Source of the DNA: Klebsormidium nitens
Lineage: Eukaryota > Plantae > Klebsormidiophyceae
Direction of reading: 5' to 3'
Length of the DNA stretch: 39,980 nt
Assembly: GCA_000708835.1 (NCBI GenBank)
Contig: DF237678.1
Span: 1-39,980 of the forward strand
Positions 32,186 through 39,980 of the stretch are shown here, one piece after another. The notes under the pieces were generated by a model. The model worked only from the letters and a program-made list of their open reading frames with translations, was not told where the DNA came from and ran no database searches. A program made the translations under genes and the position numbers. Numbering within the stretch: the first letter of the stretch is position 1; each line of letters begins with the position of its first letter.

Positions 32186-33850
32186 ATGGGGCCTCATGCA
32201 TTGAGTCATTCAGCTGAGCGCTGCAAGCCCACGTGGAGTGTCTCCCGCCAAAAAGTATACCTCGACTGCATTAAAATCTGCAAAACGAACCGGCTACAAG
32301 CATCTCAGTCCGAGATCATTGACTTTATCAGACAAAACTTCTTTGTAACACAGCACAACAACGGGCGGAACATCTCAGCTGGACAAATCTCCGAAGTGAC
32401 ACACACATGGTTGTTACAGCGAGTTGGCACTTCCGAAACCCTTGCGCTTCGAATTGCTAAGAAACTCCACAAATGTCTCGTTTCGGGTTTCAAAGAAATT
32501 TGGATTATAAGATGCGATAAAATGCGGGGAAAAAAACTGCTCTTCAAAGACCGTATGAAGCTTTTTCAAGCACAAAAACCCCTACACGAGATGACTGAAG
32601 ATGACTACATCCAGTTTGCCGAAGCATGGCGGGCACCTGAACGCTCTCGAGCAAAAAACCCCTTGTCGACCGAGGCTACAATCCAACCAAAACGTAAAGC
32701 TACAGACACAATTTTTCGTCCTTCTAGCCCCAAAACACACACCTCCCTCCCTTCACGCGAAACAAAAACCATCGACAGACAATCACCCTGCGTCAACATA
32801 CATAGTAACAGTATTGCAACTGAAACGCAGCACGTTGACTATGATTCCGATGTCCCAATTCTTGAGCTTGGAACAGAAAGATTCCGCAAACGGTATAAAC
32901 AGTTGGCTCCCCAAGCAGGCTCCTCAAACACCAATCCAAACCCTACATCAACTGCTCAACAACCATCATTCAACATGTCAACTGTGGGGCACCGCACAAA
33001 GACTTTCAATGCACACAAGCTGAACCAAACGGTACCCACTAATATGAGAAACTTACAAATATCAAAACGAACTCTACCGACCTTCATCACACAACAAACA
33101 ATCAAGCCTCCAAATGCGCCGCAAGCATCACATGCTGAGATGAGCAGCCCCGATCGGGGCCCTTCGGGCACGCCCAAATCCGCCATATCTATGCCCCCTC
33201 TGAGAAACAATGTAGACAAGCATGCGAAGATAGTTTCTCCTAGAATAAAGAAACATTCTGACCTAACGGGGACAACACAGATCACATCGACCAGCACACA
33301 CAAACCTGTACTCACATGTACAACTCAGATCGGCAAAAAGCGATGCTCATCCTCGATTGATCAAGCCACCCAAATCCAATCAAAACGCCACTGCCATGCA
33401 ACATTCATTCCTCGACAAGAAAAACCAAAACATCTGATCACTCCCGAATCTCCGACAATATTGTATGGCAAATTCCTACTTTTGAGAAATAAAAGGAAGA
33501 TAAGACCTGGCCACGATAATTTGTCCCCGCAGAGGAAGAAGCAAGTAACGTCCGCAACCAACAGGATCACTACCCCAAATGTCGACCTACCACCACGACC
33601 ATCTACGCCTATACCAGCCTTACGCACTAACTCCGCCGCTCCACCCCAAAACCGCAGCGTCCTTCGTTACGGCACGGGCGCAGTAAACACCAAAAGGAAA
33701 AGGTCTACCAGAGACGCCCACCGTATAGGGTGGGTGCAAACCCCCTTACCTTCTTCCCTCCTCCCCACTGGGGGAAGAGTGGAGGAGACCACCACCGTGA
33801 ACCCAAGACCCCAACGCTCGCGCAAACGCCCTGCGCGCTATCAGATTTAA
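32186..33850 (+). CDS. 554-aa ORF of the retro-insertion; probably the C-terminal part of a LINE ORF2 plus a long S/T/P/K/R-rich disordered tail
   Basis: Uninterrupted ORF. FKEIWIIRCDK loosely resembles the W-x-x-R-(N/C) motif near LINE ORF2 C-termini. No RT or endonuclease motifs are present, consistent with 5' truncation. The ATG and first ~15 codons come from flanking DNA and the TSD. Confidence 0.5.
   Translation: MGPHALSHSAERCKPTWSVSRQKVYLDCIKICKTNRLQASQSEIIDFIRQNFFVTQHNNGRNISAGQISEVTHTWLLQRVGTSETLALRIAKKLHKCLVSGFKEIWIIRCDKMRGKKLLFKDRMKLFQAQKPLHEMTEDDYIQFAEAWRAPERSRAKNPLSTEATIQPKRKATDTIFRPSSPKTHTSLPSRETKTIDRQSPCVNIHSNSIATETQHVDYDSDVPILELGTERFRKRYKQLAPQAGSSNTNPNPTSTAQQPSFNMSTVGHRTKTFNAHKLNQTVPTNMRNLQISKRTLPTFITQQTIKPPNAPQASHAEMSSPDRGPSGTPKSAISMPPLRNNVDKHAKIVSPRIKKHSDLTGTTQITSTSTHKPVLTCTTQIGKKRCSSSIDQATQIQSKRHCHATFIPRQEKPKHLITPESPTILYGKFLLLRNKRKIRPGHDNLSPQRKKQVTSATNRITTPNVDLPPRPSTPIPALRTNSAAPPQNRSVLRYGTGAVNTKRKRSTRDAHRIGWVQTPLPSSLLPTGGRVEETTTVNPRPQRSRKRPARYQI
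32212..32229 (+). repeat. Left target-site duplication of the retro-insertion
   Basis: AGCTGAGCGCTGCAAGCC, identical to 34025-34042. Confidence 0.9.
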
Positions 33851-34025
33851 TGCGCATTTACCATGGATTCAACGAATATACTGCATGAGCCAGCCCCTCG
33901 AGTTTCTAGTCTTTATTTGCGATATCGCGTATGCCAGTCAGCAGCTTCCATCTGACGAACTGCTTGAGGCCAGATTATTGAATCAAAAAAAAAAATAAAA
34001 ATAAAAATAAAAATAAAAATAAAAA
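32230..34025 (+). mobile_element. 5'-truncated non-LTR retrotransposon (LINE) or other target-primed retro-insertion
   Basis: Flanked by the perfect direct repeat (A)GCTGAGCGCTGCAAGCC at 32212-32229 and 34025-34042. It ends in A11(TAAAAA)5 at 33985-34025, and one ORF runs from the 5' junction to 33850. TSD plus A-tail plus abrupt 5' start is the signature of target-primed reverse transcription. Confidence 0.85.
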
Positions 34026-34042
34026 GCTGAGCGCTGCAAGCC
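33985..34042 (+). repeat. A-rich tail A11(TAAAAA)5 and right target-site duplication
   Basis: Read directly. The tail abuts GCTGAGCGCTGCAAGCC. Confidence 0.9.
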
Positions 34043-34507
34043 GACCCGCGGCCCGCGACCATGCACGCGGCCGTGGCATCGTCAACCGTCCGATTTTATC
34101 CTTGATCGCCCGGCCGGCCGCGCTTTCGAGCGATGCGCGCGCATGCCCGAAGTGCTCGAGCTAGCGCGGCAACCTTCAACATGCAAAACCTCGGGGCAAA
34201 CCTCTGCCATGCAAGATGCAGCGGCGGCGGCCGCGCGCCACCTTAGTTGCTCGTGCATACGCGGCCGCGCAGCAGGCTGGACTGCAAGCGTGGTCATATC
34301 AGTACTGATAAGTTACGCGAAGGCCGCACTCCAGCCCACACTCCAGTGGTTCGGAACAGATCGAAGCTGCGCCACACTGACTCTGAAAAGCGGGGTCTTC
34401 GGTGGATCGGCCTAATTCTTTCAAATCAGAAAAGTACAAGAAACAACCTGTAAGATATGCACAGGCGTCCCTGCAACTTTGTTGCACGGCACAGCGTGTT
34501 GGACTTC

Positions 34508-34792
34508 CACAGGGCGGGTTGGTTCTTCTCAGGAGCCGAACCGGGGCCGAACCAGAGCTTCCGCTCCGGAAAGTGGTGGACGAACCGGAGCTAAGCCCCG
34601 GTTCCCGGCCGGTTCTCAGAGAGAACAGGAACCGGTTCCCACAAATCGGAGCCGATTCTCATACACCGGTTCCTGTTCTCTTTGAACTGGCCTCAAACCG
34701 GGCCTGGTTCCGGTTCGTCCGCCACTTTACCGGAGCAGGATGCTCCGGTTCGGCCCCGGTTCGGCTGCCGTTCGAAGGCAAGCCGCCTTGTG
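34508..34792. mobile_element. Foldback/MITE-like element with ~130-140 bp imperfect inverted arms
   Basis: AGCCGAACCGGGGCCGAACC...GAGAACAGGAACCGGT (from 34534) pairs with ACCGGTTCCTGTTCTC...GGTTCGGCCCCGGTTCGGCT (to 34766). Looser pairing extends to CACAGGGCGG / CCGCCTTGTG. It is rich in GAACCG/CGGTTC motifs, has TTC on both sides (possible 3-bp TSD), and has no coding capacity. Confidence 0.75.
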
Positions 34793-35393
34793 TTCATCTC
34801 GCGCGTGCAGCTCGATCCTTGGAGATTCAACAAACCATTTACTGCGTCTGGGAGAAGGTCACAATGACATTCCCTTCTGGAAACAGGCTGCCGCTCAGGG
34901 GCGGCGATTCAAAAATGTCTGGCACCACATTGCGCGGCGAGATTGGAAAAGACGGAAAACTTGGACTCGAAACGGACTCAGAAACATGGCTTCAAGTGGA
35001 TAAATTAGTAAGCCTCCGAACCCGGTGAGTCAGAGGCATGAATCTCCTCAAAGGCGACCCCATCTTTGCCAGGTGAGAGTCTGGCACGTTCCATATCTTG
35101 GCTATCATGCAAAATGGAGAGTTGTAAATTTTTAAGATTGAAGTCAAGTACGTAAGGTAAAAGATGAAAAGATTGTCCGTTGCTCAACTGATATGAGGCT
35201 CATGAAGTATCAGAATCGAACGTCGTGAATATACTCCTAAAGCTGATCTCGCGGGTCAAGCTCAAGCCTACTAGTAGCATACGTACTCGTCATTACTATT
35301 TCCGATAGCCTGCCGAGTGTTCAGAAAAGAGAAAGTCGAAGGAGTAACCGTCTTGGAAAAGAGAGTTTGACTATCGGCCTACATCAGATCCAA

Positions 35394-35838
35394 NNNNNNN
35401 NNNNNNNNNNNNNNNNNNNNNNNNNNNNNNNNNNNNNNNNNNNNNNNNNNNNNNNNNNNNNNNNNNNNNNNNNNNNNNNNNNNNNNNNNNNNNNNNNNNN
35501 NNNNNNNNNNNNNNNNNNNNNNNNNNNNNNNNNNNNNNNNNNNNNNNNNNNNNNNNNNNNNNNNNNNNNNNNNNNNNNNNNNNNNNNNNNNNNNNNNNNN
35601 NNNNNNNNNNNNNNNNNNNNNNNNNNNNNNNNNNNNNNNNNNNNNNNNNNNNNNNNNNNNNNNNNNNNNNNNNNNNNNNNNNNNNNNNNNNNNNNNNNNN
35701 NNNNNNNNNNNNNNNNNNNNNNNNNNNNNNNNNNNNNNNNNNNNNNNNNNNNNNNNNNNNNNNNNNNNNNNNNNNNNNNNNNNNNNNNNNNNNNNNNNNN
35801 NNNNNNNNNNNNNNNNNNNNNNNNNNNNNNNNNNNNNN
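35394..35838. other. Assembly gap (445 N)
   Basis: Run of N. The ORFs spanning it in the ORF track are artefacts. Confidence 1.
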
Positions 35839-38800
35839 CTTCTAACACAAATCAGGTTTCACAGTCAAACGTCAAACGGTACGAAGACAAAAGCTCGCAT
35901 TCTTTTTGACACAGGCGACACAAGCGCGTACAAAGGTGTCACGCCTTATCATGGCCGCAGCATCTGAATCAGGGGGCTTCGTGGATCTGAGTCAATTGCA
36001 ACAAGCCTCTCAAGTCTGAGATCGTCCTTGCTGCCACCACGCAGAATCGTTTGTAGGAAAATCGCGCCGTATGAGCAGATGCCTACAGAGGCTCGACCAC
36101 GCGCCACAGTCGTTGAAGGAGTGAGTAACTTGGACGTGATGGACCTGAGGATCAGGATACGCAACAAACAGCCGTGCCAGCAGCTCACGATAAGAGTTTC
36201 TTTGGCCATGAGCCGCCGCGCACTAACGCCCATTGGATTGTCCTGTTGTTTAACGTTCATCTGAGAGAACCCAAAGAATGTTAAGGCTGAAAAATGGATG
36301 GTGATAGAAAAGACCTTCATCAAGTGGCCACAAAAATGTGCCAGATTCATGCAGCCTGCTTAGAGAGTAATGGAACTCTTGCACTTCCGCCAGCAAGTTC
36401 CGAATCTAATCTGCAGCCATTCTTTGGAGGTAGACGTCAAGCGTAGCGTCAGAATATATGCAAAGACGTACCACACATTTGGAGTGAAGGTCCAAAACGG
36501 GCTTGCCATCATCGCTCGAGCGGACTCGCTTCCTGTTCTCACTGAAACATCACCAACTCTCCTCGGGACACGTTGGCGAAAGGCACCACTCATGCTGGAG
36601 TCAACCACATGTTGTGAGGTTCAACATGCTGAGCAGTACTCATCAGCCTCACCAGCCTGTAAACAACAGGCCACCCATTTGCCCTTTGAAGAGTTTTCGT
36701 AGCCTAGAATTTTCGTGTCAGCTCGGCGTCACTTGATCGTGCTATTGTGGTGTCAGATGTAGTCTTGGCCGCCTATCTGGTGCAGATCAATCTGGGACAT
36801 CTTCAAGGTGTCAATCAATCGTTGGGACGCTGCTTTTGAGACGGAAGCTTTCCTGAAGGAAAATACTGGAAGGGCACGAGAATCACAAGAACGGGGCAGG
36901 AAAAAGCTCTGCAATATCTGGCAGCTGTGCAGCTGTGAAATAGACCGCGATCCCAGTCGCTTGAAGTACTCTCGAATTGCGTATTTTTTGCGGTAACAAG
37001 CGCAGCAAGCAAAGCGCAAAAGCAACGCAGTGGGCTGCTATGTTACGATAGCATAATGTGCATAAGATGACCCACGTCGAGCAGTCAAGGACAGTCCTAA
37101 ATTGCCTAGATGACGCACTCAGACGCACTCCAGATCCTACCCCGGTTCAGATCCGCATGACTCCACTACATGAAAGACGGGCACAGGCCAAACCTATGTA
37201 GTTGTCTTCGTTAAATCGATTCTCGTTATGCAAACATCCATCCCTAGCCCCGAATCCATCAGACAAGATAGACGTGTGTAAGTGCGTAGAAACATCAGCA
37301 TAGAGTTGTCAGGTAATGCACCACAGATACGGCCGGGGGTGCATTGATTGCACAACAGTGACGTCATCAGAGCTTCGTGGCTCATGCAGAGCTCTAGCCT
37401 TGAACGTTCGCTACGTAAGCAGAAAACGCAGGCCTCTGTAAGGAACGAGTCCGAACGACCCACGAAGCACGGAAAGCTGATCGCAAGTCCGGCGAGATCA
37501 CCTGACTCTGCTAAGAAAGGCCGAATGAAGTACTATTGGCCACCTGGATCGTGCCGACGTTTAGCTTTCAGCACACGTTAGCTGGAGGCGCCCGAAAACT
37601 GCAATCAAGGTACAGCACGACGAATGAAGGACTTCATCTATGTGAAATTATGGGCAGCTTAACTTACTGACTTTGGGCTAAACGCGAGCCTTATGACGTT
37701 ATTCAACCGTCCATTCCTTGCATTAATTGGATAGAGAAGGCAACATTGCTTTGTCTGCCTAACGGTTTATTCTGTACATTAGGCGGTTTGTTCAAACATG
37801 AACGATGGCCAACTTCAAGTTAAGATGCGGAAGGACGAAAGACCAACCGGCTTCAGGCAGGGTCAACAGATGGTCTCTCTCCAATGGGTCAAAAACTCCC
37901 AACACCGCCGCGCGTCCCCATCGCTGCCACGTGGAAAACCACCTTCCAGATCTTGTCTAATTTGGAAACATAACCGGTCCGCACAGAAATGAAGGCAGAC
38001 TCGACGTTTGAGTTGGCGGAATTGCGAGCTAGAGGAGTATCCTGATCACTAACACTTGACATCAGACTTGGGCGGTTCCGATCAGAATATGGAACCGGGG
38101 GCGATTATGCGGGTCTTTGGTGCGAAAGTCAGGAAAATCTTTCGCTTACTTAAAGGAAACAGAAAACTTCCAAATCTTTACCGCAAGAGGAGTTTGTGAA
38201 GATTGACCTTCAACTTTCAAAGAGTACTCACTGCAAACGGCAACCGTCATAGTAAAGCCTTGAGGACCTAAGCAACGGGTTTTGGTAGCAGCTTTATTAT
38301 ATAGCGAAGCAGCATCACGGCGTCATAGGAGACGCTCGCTAGCTTGGGCCAACATGAGCCATTAGCCCAAACCCTCATGAACGTACTCATCCTTGCTGCG
38401 TTGGATACTTCCTTGGCTTTGAAAGATTTTGAAATACTGAAGTAAGAAAGACGTCCCTGACAGTCGGTTCTTTCTTGTAACGGCCAAAAAAATCCCGTCA
38501 GTTCAAGCGCAATGAAAAAGACGTAAGGCGTGTCCGTGACGTTGACGACTGCGGTTGACAAATGGCGACCAGATGCGATTACATTATTCAAAGCTTGTCA
38601 TTCAATGATTTTGTGTGGGGTCCTTTTGCCCTAGCTTCCATGATTTAGTCTGTTTGCAACGAGTTGGCTTGGGTACAACCGATAAAAGCATACGTCCTTT
38701 AAGGGAGGCTATTTCGCGGGCATGTCCTGCAGTATCTGTGATGGTACTTGAGGAGCGATTGGACTTCAAGTTCTCCCCTTAGGGAGAACCTTCTGTGTCG

Positions 38801-39980
38801 AGATCAATGAGTCCAGAAGACTCTGACTCCGTGGCTTAGTGGTCCTAGCAACTGGGGCCTGATTCCGAACGCATGTTTGGACTTCGTCACAGCCATCAAT
38901 CGTTACAAAAATCCGGATGAAAGAGCCGCACGAAGACTCGGAGCACCCACATTTTGCTGAGGCTTGTAACGAGTAGCACACTCCAATCAGCGGAACGTCT
39001 TTACATGAGCCCGTTCTTTTGTGACTAGATGGTGCAACATTAAAAGCGTAAAATAGAGATCGTTGCGCTTTCAGGCAGGTGCATGGAGCTGTCCGTTTGT
39101 GGCTGAAATATCTGGGTCAGACTTTGTTTATTAACCGTGGCGTCAGATCCGGGAGAATTGTCATTGGACGCCCTCAAGACGATCCAAAGTATCACCACAC
39201 GCCACATTAATGTGCAAGATCTTATATCATTGCTCTTGTGAAGACAGGCACTGAAGCTGCGTACTTGCTTACAATGAGAATCCTATCCTTCCAAGGCAAC
39301 CACGTTTTGGGCAAAACGAGTATGAATCGTTGGCAAAATCCCTGTTTCAGATATTGCTGAGGTCATTCTGAAAATACAGTAAAAGTACTAAAGCGGGAGT
39401 AGACTGGAAGGCGGAGACTTAAATAAGAAACGTTGCTCTAGTACTAAGGTCATGCTGGCCTGTACTTTACAAGCGGCGGAACGAGCGGCATCAGTCGACA
39501 GAAAGACTGATGTAGTAGGAACGAAGAAAAGTGTATTGAAAAAGTAGAGGAATCGAAGATGATTTATGATCGGTTACTTTCAGCACCGCATTAAAAGAAT
39601 GATTGCTCTGGCTTTGCATTCGGGTGGCGGCCTCAAGATCAACACCCCAGGATTATCGTGAGGGCATCCTCACCAAGTTCGATTTGCAATATGTTCGCCA
39701 CAAGCTAAGATGATTTTGGAGAAAACCGTTCAGTTCTCCAGATTCTACCTGAGGCTTTCCACAGCTTCGGGGCCTTACTAGTTTTCCTTGAGCTGGCTCA
39801 GCTCAACGGACTTGCCAATGATCCGCATTACTGCAGTTCTGTGATCGGACATCTCGCAAACGGGAAAGTTGGAAATTCTACGACACAGTGATTGAATTGT
39901 CGCAGCATCAGATTGAGGAGAATTACTGGAGGTAAAGCGTCCGAATTGGTTCTCAAACATCCACGGACTCTGGTAAAAGG

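Noticed and set aside
35367-35909. ORFs of 180 and 154 aa spanning 35367-35909
   Set aside because: Artefacts of translating the N gap.
1-39980. tRNA, rRNA or other structured RNA genes
   Set aside because: No cloverleaf, rRNA-like or snRNA-like sequence recognised by eye. tRNAscan-SE or Infernal would be needed to exclude them.

Overview
Eukaryotic nuclear DNA with GT-AG introns and CTGAC/CTAAC branch points. A plant-type DEG9 gene points to the green lineage; the intron style suggests a streptophyte alga such as Klebsormidium (inference). Three spliced genes can be rebuilt by hand. (1) A 4-exon classical short-chain dehydrogenase of the AYR1/1-acyl-DHAP-reductase type (+, 683-4632). (2) A secreted Kazal-type protease inhibitor of about 1,140 aa with 23 Kazal domains over 14 exons (-, 16772 to ~6894); six domains are atypical 4-Cys units lacking the CysII-CysIV bond. 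(3) An 11-exon DEG9-like HtrA/Deg serine protease of about 572 aa with an intact His/Asp/Ser triad (-, 30893-19971). The rest holds a 5'-truncated non-LTR retro-insertion with a perfect 17-18 bp TSD and A-rich tail (32230-34025), a ~285 bp foldback MITE-like element (34508-34792), a 445-N gap and ~4 kb of unexplained sequence. The most striking unannotated pattern is that introns of all three genes carry ladders of decaying tandem copies of their own splice junctions. One copy forms an in-frame 33-nt cassette with strong splice sites that duplicates the protease catalytic-serine motif. All exon models come from reading the sequence and lack transcript evidence.
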